A stretch of 64,000 nucleotides of DNA, taken from positions 22,692,001-22,756,000 of the forward strand of contig OZ281496.1 in assembly GCA_965637545.1 (NCBI GenBank), given 5' to 3'. The notes under the pieces were generated by a model that was not told the DNA's origin, searched no databases, and saw only the letters and a list, made by a program, of their open reading frames with translations. The translations under genes were made by a program, and so were the position numbers. Below, piece by piece: positions 30,352-41,843 of this stretch (position 1 is its first letter; every line of letters begins with the position of its first letter). The DNA is from Phallusia mammillata (taxonomy: Eukaryota).

Positions 30352-33300
30352 ATGGACAGAATTTTTGGAAGGTCTAAAGGCAAGGCACCTCCTCCCAATC
30401 TGAATGATTGCATATCAAATGTAAGTATATTCCTGTCTAAATGTAAGTGTTTTACATCTAACATACTTCGCAATGAAGCCAACAGTTTTTTGAGACAAAA
30501 ACAATATAAGCAGACATTTACAATAACATTTTATGTGGTACACTATATACGGATCTGTTCATAAGTTTAATGATGAAAATAACAACCCAAGTACACTTGA
30601 AAGGCGATATCAATGATGATGAAATTGAGTGTTAATTTGATTTGCTTAATTACAGCTTTAACTATTATCAGTTACATACTGTCTTATGTACAGATTGATG
30701 ACAGAACAGACTCTGTGGACAAGAAAATAGCAAAACTTGATGCAGATTTGTTAAAATACAAAAATCAAATGAAGAAGATGAGAAATGGACCACAGAAAAA
30801 TGCTGTCAAACAAAAAGCTTTAATGATTCTAAAACAAAAGAAAAAGTATGGAGGCAGTTAATAATTTTCATTGTCTATTTTAAAGTTTGTAAGTTCCTTT
30901 ATACATGATTACATTTCTCCCTGATAGGCAATCATCAGCTGCTTCTCCCTTAGTTTATCCCGAGTTGATCAAGCAATTTACCCAGATACCCTAAGAACAT
31001 TTAGTCTTAGGGTAGAGCTACACTTGGCCTGAAGCAATTTGCAAATATTTGTTGGCAAAATATAGTTTAGAATTATTAGTGTTTGCAACAACATGACTTC
31101 TTAATTTGTCAGTGTCTTTAATACTCTTCAAGTTTTCATCGATGGCTTTTTTTCTGTTTGTAAAGGGCATAACAAAAGTTGTAAGTTCGTGTAATATATT
31201 TCTGATAAAGTGATTTTGTTGCAATTTTTGGAAATTCGATTCAAAGTCAAATCTAATTTACAGATATGAAGCACAACGAGGTAACATGATGCAGCAGAGT
31301 TTCAACATGGAACAGACAAATTATGCCATCCAAACTATGAAAGACACGCAGACAACAGTTTCAGCAATGAAAACAGGTCTGAAACAGATGAAGAAAGAAA
31401 CCAAAAAGATTGATATTGGCAAAATTGAGGTAAAATTACCTATGACATGTTAAAACTAAGAAAATTTGAAAACTAAATGACTTGTTCATTGGTAAAAATT
31501 TTAACTTGGAAATTTTGTAATGTTTTTGTTTTAGGATCTTCAAGATGAGATGGAAGACATGTTGGAAGATGCTGATGAGATTCAAGAGACCCTGGGAAGG
31601 AGTTATGGAATGCCTGATATTGATGAAGCTGATCTCGATGCAGGTTAAATATGTTATAGTAGTGCTTTAATGTCCCTAAATTTTTACACTGATCTTCTAA
31701 AAAAGAAAAAAAAGGAATCCTAACAAATTTATACTGAATTTGTTGTGGGTTGCAACATGTCATACATTTCCTGCAGGCTTTATGACTGTAATGTTTTTCT
31801 AAGAAACATCATAATGAAAAATGTCTTTGTATCTTTCACATAGTTGGATGTTGGGCAGTCATATCTTTTTTATTACAGAACATAAAAATGTCGTGCTTAT
31901 CAAATAATAACGGATCTTGTGCTTTTAGAACTTGATGCATTGGGTGATGATTTGTTTGATGATGAATTCCTTGGTGATGAAGTGGCAGCACCAAATGCAC
32001 CATCCTCGGAAATCGGTGGAGAATCAGTTCCTACCAATGCTGTAAGTTCACATGTTGTTAATGCTGCAATAACATGTTTCCTTGATCAAGGTGTCTAATA
32101 GACTGCTGTACTTTGTTATATTATTGCACGTTTTATTATTCTATATTATTGCACGCTTTATTTTTCTAAAAATCTCAGATGTTTTGAGAGGGAACATTAT
32201 TTTTAGGGTGCCCTCTTTGAATTAAACAGGCCCTTGACAAAAGCTATCGTTTAATTCAAATTCATAGCTTTGTGTTGACAAGTGCGGTCCCTGGGCTATT
32301 CTAGTTATTATGTCTCATATGTTTGTTCAGGAACTGATGATGCCATTATTAGGCAAAATATATATTCCTACTTTCTAATTTACTGACTGATTCTGTTGGC
32401 AGTTGAGACAGTCCTCTCAAATTTCGAGTCTTTTAACAATTTGCACAGTTATCATCGGTATGCATGGCGGCTGTTGGAGGTTTAGATATTGCCCACCCAC
32501 GACAATGTTTGTTGTCATACTTCTACAAGCATATAAATTATAGGACTAAACAAAGGCCTTCAAAAACATGTGTGCATACTTGATTTATGTTGTAGCTAAA
32601 GCAGGACAAATAATTTAGTTATAAATGTAGCTGGGGCTACTTTGATTTTCACGTGATACTCAACACGCAAATAACTTCTTTTTATGTTAATGTATGTTCC
32701 ATGCAAAATGCATCTTGAAAGTATTACTATCTTTACCTGTTTGTCAAAGTTCTGTTCTTAATTGATAAACGATTATCTCGTTATTGTTTTTCCTCCTGCA
32801 TAAGGCGCCCTACTATCTCCCTCCAGTCTTCATAGGTACTGATAAAAGTGAATAGTCTTCAAAAAACCAAAATTTAGTTTGTAACAACTTTTGATGTACA
32901 ACAAAAACCTTTAAAAATAAGTTTAAATGTGACCAAGTGTTTACAAATTTGGTTGGAGGAATTGGTATGGCATTTGGATAAACTGATCCTTAGTATAGTA
33001 AACATAAGATATAATTTAGTCATCACTTCATTCACTTGCTATTGTCTGGCTGACATTTAAGTGTTCTAAATGCCGTTGGCTAAGCAGAATTTTATAACCT
33101 AAACTGTCACATGAATAAAGTGTCTATAAGGTTAAAGTAAATTTGTAAAACATTAACTGGCTAAAAGTTTGTTTTGTGGTCTTAACAAGGTGGTTTGCTA
33201 TATTAAGTAGATTTTTCTACGTGATTGTTCATATTAGTGCCAAATTTTCAATTTAAATGGTTGTTTTGTTGTAAATGTTAAAGGGAAATGACAAACAAAC

Positions 33301-33453
33301 AAACAATGTTTATGTTTCAAAACTGTCTGCTATGTATTCAAAAATTGACACAAGCTTATGGTTAACAACCTTTAAAATTACAAAAAGTACATGTTTTTTT
33401 ATCAGGAGGGCGTAGCAGTTGATGAATTTGGACTACCCCAGCTTCCAGCATGA
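30352..33453 (+). CDS. CHMP5: Charged multivesicular body protein 5 (Vps60, ESCRT-III associated), 6 coding exons, 218 aa
   Basis: Exons 30352-30420, 30694-30845, 31264-31429, 31535-31643, 31929-32041, 33406-33453. [21 protein letters not shown] ... [11 protein letters not shown] ... [11 protein letters not shown]. Confidence 0.96.
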
Positions 33454-35101
33454 TCCTGCATACAGAACTCTTAACAAACCAAGAGATGCTTAAGATATGT
33501 CTAAAAACAATGTTGTATGCCGCGACCATTCTTTGCACTTTCGGAATCTGGTTCATATGAAGATATTTCAACCCTTTCTAGTTGTTTAATCTGGAGGCAG
33601 GCAACACTCATCAAATGCTATACTGCCACTGTTTCTATACCCAGGTTGTTTAGTTAGTCAAGGTAAATTTTAAATTGTACTGGAGTAAACATTTATTGCC
33701 CTCACTTGATGTATCAGTAGCTGCTCTATGTTCTAGCATTTTGTGTAGCACTGGTTCTTAACTCTTCCATTATCGCTACCCTTAAGAACAACAGGATGAT
33801 ATTAATTTACTCCCTTCCGAAAAATAAATTTCTGACTGTAACAGCATGGAATGTGGACATCTTAACCCCCCAAAAATTGATAATGTGATTGCCCCATAAA
33901 AATGTCAAAATACCCCAAAAAGGTTAGGGTTAAAATTCAATACATATTTTGTTTGGTCATTAATTTTGGATTACCTTGTAACACCTTGTGTGGGCACCTC
34001 AATTTGTAGTCAACACTTGCTTTGTATCACATATTCTATTACTTGATTTCAATGGAATATTTACTTTTCCAGCATATACATTTCAGACTAACTTAATTTG
34101 TAATACAGTAAGACAATCTTTGAACAGTTAAGATTAGTAAATGAATGTCAAGCTTTCAACAAGCTTAATTTGGGTACCCAATTGATTCTCACATCCATAC
34201 TATTGTACTCCAAACTTATTGTACTCCAAAAATTTTTTTGTGGGAATTTTGCTTGTTTTTATTTTTGTGCCCCAAGTACATTGGAAATGTATGATATGTG
34301 CAACCATCAGTGTGTACTTTTTTCAGCCACAGAAAGTCAGTAACCTTGGTAATTTGGCAATGTTTTCAGGCAGAATTCATGACAGAAAGCACAGACAACA
34401 TTTACTTATGCAACTGCGGGTATTTGTCAACCTCTGCCAGCCACCCTAGGCAATACCCTGTTATGCTGTTACAATTATGCCCACAAACACTAAGTATTTC
34501 ACTACACAGCTGCTGTGTGTTGCTGCTGAAATGTTTCTGCAACTTTTGTATCATTACAAGCTTACATTACCTGAGACAAAATCTACAACTGAACCAAACT
34601 TGACACTTTTCTGAGAATTATTTTCATCTCCAATTTGTAATGTAGGTTATCTCCAGGTGGTTGCTTCAAACCAAGCAGGTAAGGGGCACAGAGACATTCG
34701 CTCAACCTAAGTTAATACTGTTACTGTTGCGACAAATAAATACGTAGGGTCTTTTATATATTTGGGTTATCTGTCAACAAATTCGTTATTAGGCCTTTAT
34801 TCACCGTATCCAAAACCTGTAAAAACGGTTGACTTGGTCCCTCGAATATCAATTTCACGTGGAACAACCTGATCTACGACAACAGATTTGTAGAACATGT
34901 CTTAGCACTAGGCAACGTCGATTTTTGTCGTTTTCTGCACAGCGTCTTTTTTGAAGACCAGTTGGTCCCGACTACGAACTTACGAAGACTTCGTAACGAA
35001 GTTGATGTCCACGTTTCCGACCGACGACAATTGCTCACAATCATCTTTGACGTAAATTATATGCGTACTCCTTTCATCGTTTCGGGGATTTGGGTTACAT
35101 T

Positions 35102-35295
35102 CAGTGGTGGGATTCAGCCGGTTCGCACCGGTTCTATAGAACCGGCTTACGAAATTTTATGAAATTAGCGAACTGGTAGGCATTACTGGTTACTGTCATT
35201 AGAATTTGGAAATATGACTTTTTGTAACAGAACCGGCTGAAAAATATGACTTTTGTGATAGAACCGGATAACAAAAAATTTGAATCCTACCACTG
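35102..35295. mobile_element. hAT MITE family A copy, 194 bp
   Basis: TIRs CAGTGGTGGGATTC / GAATCCTACCACTG. Perfect TSD GTTACATT at 35094-35101 and 35296-35303. Confidence 0.9.
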
Positions 35296-35622
35296 GTTAC
35301 ATTTGTATGAGAAGTTGTCGCCAAACCCCAACTTCTTAAACAAAAAAAACTTGCAGCCTCCATTATAACAAAACCAATGTTTAGCCTTGGGGTGTAGGCT
35401 ACGACAGTGGTTTTCAACCTGTATTTGTTTCGAGGACTAGCAAGCCAATTTTTCTTTGAAAAGTGTGTGGAAATTTTTGGTGTGGGGTCGCCAGTTACAT
35501 CGGTTAGCTAAAATAGGTCGCGGGAGGAAAGCAGTTAATAACCTCCCATTCGTTATCAATTTTTGTGCTTGATGAATGATGAGTGTAATATGTAAACTCA
35601 ACTCAAGTTCTCTACACAAAAC

Positions 35623-36141
35623 CAGGGAGTCGAACCGGAACTGAACCCGAACCAGCGAACCGGTTTGAGCGGTTAATTTCATTAAACCCGAACCGAACCC
35701 GAACCGCTAATTGCAATTTTCTAAAAACCCGAACCGGAGTTGAACCCCATATTTTGTTTGGCGTTGGACCCGAACCGGAACCGAACCAGTAAAAAATGCA
35801 GTCTGTTTTATATTGTGATTTTTTTTTTCAAAACGCACTGAAGAATACGCGAGATGGCACTTATAGGGCGTATCAAAAAGAACAGTACACCGGCAAAATT
35901 CTTTTGGAGTTTGATAAGACCAGGTAAATGATGGGCAGAATTAAATTAAAACGAATAAAAATTTGAACCGGTTTAAAAACCGCAAACCGGTTCGGACCGG
36001 ATAATTTGCTCAAACCGGAACAAAACCCGAACCCGAAAATACACATTTTTGAAAACCGGAACCGAACCCGAACCCTTAAAAACAAAACCAAGTGAACCCT
36101 AACCGAACCTGAACCCATACGACAAGCGGTTCGACTCCCTG
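35623..36141. mobile_element. hAT MITE with GAACCG/GAACCC subterminal repeats, 519 bp
   Basis: TIRs CAGGGAGTCGAACC / GGTTCGACTCCCTG. Perfect TSD CACAAAAC at 35615-35622 and 36142-36149. Confidence 0.9.
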
Positions 36142-36977
36142 CACAAAACAGTGCAACCAATAACTTGAACATGGTGTTGCACATAACTAGAATTTGCGAA
36201 ACATTTTTGTCCGCGACTCCATTATTGTTGTAAACAGTTGCTTTAGCCGCATGTAATTTCAGTAAGTAATAAACTGAAGTTAACTTTCTTGCAATTCTTT
36301 GTTCTTCACAGCACGTGGCAGCGGTAAAACGCCTCAACGTGATTTCTATGTTGCTAGTTTGTTATTGTTTTGCTGATCAGCTGACAGTTGCGGGCAGACG
36401 GCGAACGAAGGCGTTCCGGAGAAAAAAATGGTTGATGAACGAATCTTGGCAACTGAACGAGACAAAGAAACGCCCTTGCAAAAAAACACGTGGTTGATTT
36501 AGAAATTAGGTATTTGATTTTTGTTCGTATCATACGTTAGACAAAGTAATGATTACTTTGCCGAAAAGTAATTACTCAACAATGTAAAAACAGGAAATCG
36601 TTTCGAAATGTAATTTTTTAGCGTTTGCACGTTTCCTTATGTGCAGTTCAGATAAGTTAGGTTATAGCATTTTACATACAGTTAGGCTTTCTTCTGAGAT
36701 TCAATATGCGATTTTGTTACTGGTTTGTGATATAATTGCAGTTGACTGACAGATGAAATTGTTAATCTATTTTATGTGCAGAAGGAACTAAAAATGGTCT
36801 ACTTGTAAACCTTGCCTATTTTAGTTACTTTGCTAATAAAAAACTACCACTTGCTAAAACTACTTCTGCAAACAGAAACATCAGTTGTGTTCAACAGAAA
36901 GTATGTGCTTTTATATTGGTTAATTTATTTGGTTATAAATTTAACACTTTTCTTAAACTGGTTGCATTGCTATTCAC

Positions 36978-37194
36978 CCAGTCTGCAGAGTGTGGCAGCT
37001 GCACGCGCGATTTTTTTTTGAAAAAAAATTTTTGCACTCCAAGTTTTGGGGTATGCACGCGAAAATTTTGCACCAAACGCATTTAATTGGGCTGTCTTGA
37101 CCGCGAACTTACAGGTCGTGCACGCACGCATGTGGGACATATAGGTCCTGCACGCACGAGATCTCGTCGGGAACTGCCATGTTCTGCAGACTGG
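36978..37194. mobile_element. MITE family C copy, 217 bp
   Basis: TIRs CCAGTCTGCAGA / TCTGCAGACTGG. Perfect TSD CTATTCAC at 36970-36977 and 37195-37202. Confidence 0.88.
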
Positions 37195-37248
37195 CTATTC
37201 ACTAAGCATGAAAAGTTTAACACAACTGGATTTTGTGGCCCCCTAAGG

Positions 37249-37504
37249 CACCAGTTCCCAACCCTTCTGGTGCCGTGACCCCTAGATAACAGTTGCCTAG
37301 TTGCGGCGACTTTAAGGAAAAAATTGCTAGGCTATTAAATTGACTGAAGTTTTTTTCTCAACAACGAAGTGGTCCATGGGTTTATTTTATTGGGGCTAGT
37401 GGTTCATTGCCTAAAGCAGTATGGGAACCATTGCTATAGGTGAGCCCAGGCAAATTGTCAGGCGACCCCAGTTAGGGTCGCGACCCACAGGTTGGGAACC
37501 GCTG
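37249..37504. mobile_element. hAT (Charlie-type) MITE, 256 bp
   Basis: The right end reads CAGCGGTTCCCAACCTGTGGGTCGCGACCC on the minus strand. Perfect TSD CCCTAAGG at 37241-37248 and 37505-37512. Confidence 0.85.
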
Positions 37505-38717
37505 CCCTAAGGGGTCAATGGGTATTTTTAGGGACCTACTTTGGTATAAGCCCTCACAAGTGATACTCATACCTACCAATTAACTACAGTAAAAACATAT
37601 GTAAACTTTCAACACCTTTAAGTTGCAAAAATAAGATGTTAAAAATCTTGTATTAATTAGGGACCCCTTATCTTCATAATGCACAGAGTTGAATTGTACT
37701 GATTGTATTCATTAAAAACTGATTGACTTTCGGTTTCCATCTTCATTTTTTCATATGCAGGAGCTACAGGTTTTACAAACTAAAAAAAGTTGAGAACAAA
37801 TGGTTAAGCTTAAATTTTTGTCTTAAAATTTAAATTTTTTCGGAGAAGAAGTTAAGCTAGGTTTGGAGTTAAACTAGACTAGGTTTAGGTTTATATTATC
37901 AACTCCCTAACCCTGCCAAAAATGCACATAGTGTGCTACTGTATTATATACTTGTAACATGTACAAAGTTCATTTTGATGCAGATTGCTGACAAATCACA
38001 TTTTCATATTTATCTTACCCTGAGTTCCTCAATATTGCTCAAGCATGATACTGCTACTTCTTCTTTAAGCACAACCAGCTGTTATTCAACAGTTTATAGT
38101 TGTGAATTTATAGTAGAATGTATGTCTAATATAAGCTAACTGTTCATGTCTACAATACCACTAGAGGTTTTTGTTGTCAAGTAACCAGAGGCAAAGTTTG
38201 TTTGTGCTTCGGACCAGTATATGTCTGACAGGGTTTAGGCATGGGCAACCCATGAGAATATGGCAGCTGCACGCGCGATGTGCTTTGAATTTTGTTTTTG
38301 CATGAAATTTTTTTGGGGGTTGCTCAGGAAAATTTTGCAGCAAAGGCATTTAATGGTTCTAACTTGACTTTTAATGTTTGCTTTGTGCCTGCTTAAATTG
38401 TTAGTGCATGTGAACTTAAGGGTCGTTCACATGGTCATGCGGGACATTTTCGTTTTGCCTGCCTAAGATCTCGCTCGGAACTGCCATGTTTTGCTGACTG
38501 GGCGATGGGGTTGTTATTCACACATGGGGTGGATAACATGAACAGTCATTGTTTTTCAGTCTACATAATGTATTGTTTCTCCACAGCCCAATGAAACTAG
38601 ATTAAGACCAGTATTTGTCATCCTTAAAATTAATTAAAAATCTTTTTTCTTCTCCAGAGTGTATTTAGTGTCCAATCATGGTTGCTCCTTTTAAGTATGG
38701 AACTGTTAACAAAGTAA

Positions 38718-41700
38718 ATGTTTGAACCACTTAAAAAGAGGAAGCGTAGAATAGAGCACTGCGATAACGTCCCCAAAAGTGCAAATCACAACGGTTCTCT
38801 TGACCAATCAAATTCCTCATCCTCAATAATGACCAGTGGTAACCTCAAACACAAGATAGAGGTATGCCAAAAACTGTTTACAAATATTTAAAACGTTTTT
38901 ATGGTGTCTAAAAATTATTATAGTGCAGTTAAAGTCCTGAAATAAACTACTTCTATGATTATAAACATTTTTAATGTGGCTTTAGTTGCCTAAAATAATA
39001 TAAAACAGTTTAATTAAGGTTGGCAAGCCTATGTTACATTTATAAGAAGGTTTAACTTCCACCTTTTAACAAAAAATGCAATTTAATAGTGTAAGTGTAA
39101 TGTCATAGCAGACCACAAGAATCAGCCTGTGTAACTGGGTGGTGACCGACGGATCTGTCTACACTTATCAGATATATACAAAATGTACTCAAAAAGAGCA
39201 GCAGACGATCAGCGTCAGTGTAATGTTTTATTTTTGGAAAACTGAAATATTAATTTCGCCTATTTGGGCATTGTCAGTTTCGGTCTAAAAAGAAAAGAAC
39301 GATAAAAACACAAAAAAGCTAAAACGGTAAAATACTAAGCAAGTAACAGCCGAAAAATCAGACTAAAGCGATGAAAAACAGTGGAGAAGATCTGCAACTA
39401 ACACCAAAGCTGACTGACTGCTAAAAAAGGGGGTGGCAATAAAGGCGCCGTTAGCAAGCGAAAAAACTAACACATGTAAGAAGGCAATGACGTCATTAAG
39501 TGATAAGGGGTCGTGTGTTTTTATCGTTCTTTTCTTTTTAGACGGAAACTGACGATGCCCAAATAGGCGAAATTAATATTTCTGTTTTTCAAAAATAAAA
39601 CATTACACTGACGCTGATCGTCTGCTGCTCTTTTTGAGTACATTTTGTACACAATTTAATAGTGTGTATAGTATTTGACCAATATTTGAACTATTTGACA
39701 AGTATTTGACCAGTCAAATACCCAACCCTACTTTTATTATTTTACTAAAGGGGATCTTTTGAAAACTAGCAATGTCATTGCTCAGTTTTAAATAGTTAGG
39801 ATTTGAGATAAAATTATTTTACATGTTGTACTCTTTGAATCACCCTTGTTAAAGATCTGTATGTAAAAGTTGTGTAAGTTGGGGCATTAAAATTCACAAA
39901 TTGATTTTCCCTTTAAATTTTATTGGCCTTTAATTTTAGGCATTCCTTGAGCCAGAGGCCAACATCAATCAAAAACTGCCAAAAGAGCTTCTTTTAAGGA
40001 TATTTTCCTACCTTGATATTGTCACCCTCTGCAGATGTGCACAGGTACATTTATGGATTACATCTGCCTTATTGTCCCTTAGTTTAGTATGTAAGCTCTT
40101 GTACATACTCTGTTGGTTGTGCATTTAACATGTATTTTTATATAACTTTAAAACACAGCTATATATTGAGTAAAAACAGTGTACTTGGCACTGGTTGTGT
40201 TCAGCCCATCCCTTTGACAACATGAGTACATGTTTTTGGGGTTACAGCTTGTTCCAAAGTGTAATTGTACTGTATGGAGATATTCACACCTTCCAATATC
40301 TCGTAGATGCAGCATAGTTTGTAATGCTAGTAAACCAATAGCGCAGTAAAACGTTTATGAGTCTAAGCACAAAACACTCAAGGATTTTATTGTCACACGT
40401 TTGCTTTTCAAATATACTTTTATTGGGTTAAGAAGGTTTTATAGAGCAGGGCTGCTCAAACTTTTTTGCTCTGCGACCCCATTTTAAAACAGAAATTTTT
40501 ATGCGACCCCTTGATGGGTAAAGCCCAGGGATGCACAACCTTTTCGCTTTGACAGCCGCATCACAGATCTTTATTTAACCAACGACCGCCTGTTTGCTTG
40601 TGTTTTTAATTACTGATGGAAAGAAATATATTATATATATACCGTCTAATAGCGCCTAAAAAGCCTACATTAATTTCTAACTTGAAACACAGATTGACAG
40701 CCCTAGCTTTTATGACGTCGTAATCTATATTGTGACGCTTGTGGTATCTGCTTTTTCGCATTGTTTGCACACAATAGGCATAAAAACGCCTGGCGCATAT
40801 GGCTACTATGCTGGTAATATTCTTTTAAGTTCCACAAAATGTGTTTAGAACAGTTTGAAAATCAAAATATTTGACAAAAGAGTTTTTGTTTATGTCACGA
40901 CCGCCAGTACATGTATGCTAATAAACATGTTCACGGCCGCAGGTTGTGCATCCCTGATAGCCTATACACGGGAATAATTTTTAAGCAATAAATGTATGCA
41001 AGTATGCCATTTATTGTGACTGACGTAATAACACATTATGTTTCGCGACCCACAGTTTGAGAAGCCCTGTTATAGAGCACTTGTTGCTGAGTTTTAGACT
41101 TCATATGCCATAATGGGTAAAATTTCTTGTGTGTTCTAAGATGATTATAATATTTTTCAACAACCCTCTATGTAGCTCTATTTATGTGTTGTTACAAATA
41201 TGGTATAAGCGATTCAATAAATTTTCTTACGTTGTGTGTCCTAAGGTATTAATTATCTTTTTTAACAGCCTCTATGTAGCTCTATTTATGTGTTGTTACA
41301 CATATGATATAAGCCATTATAAATAAATTTTCTTATGTTCTGTGTCCCAAGGTATTAATATTTTTTTCAACAACCCTCTATATAACTCTATTGAAGTGTG
41401 TGCTCACAAATATGATAAAATAGGATGGTTATCAGTTCAAATTGCATAATAATGTTTGTTTGTTGACATTCAGGTCTCGAAACACTGGAATGTGTTGGCT
41501 TTGGATGGGAGTAATTGGCAGAGAGTGGATTTATTTGACTTTCAGTGTGTTGTTGTGGTAAGTGATTGCAGTAGAGATAAAAAAAATTGCTGCCATGGGT
41601 TTGCTTATAAGCCTAACCGATCATCATAGCTTTACTGCAAATGAAAGCAAAATTGATAAAACCGGGGTATTATAGAAATGCTTTTCACATGATCTGTACC

Positions 41701-41812
41701 TCTAATAGTAGGTATGTTTTGTAAATGATCTAATAAATAAAAAAGATTTATCAGGGCAATAGGATTTTAGCTTCAGTGTTACAAAGATGCAAGAAAACAC
41801 ACAAAAATTGTC

Positions 41813-41843
<31 letters not shown>

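Noticed and set aside
30905-30945. Minus-strand CTGATGA...GAAA hammerhead candidate
   Set aside because: Stem II is mismatched, the cleavage position is G, and stem I does not pair.
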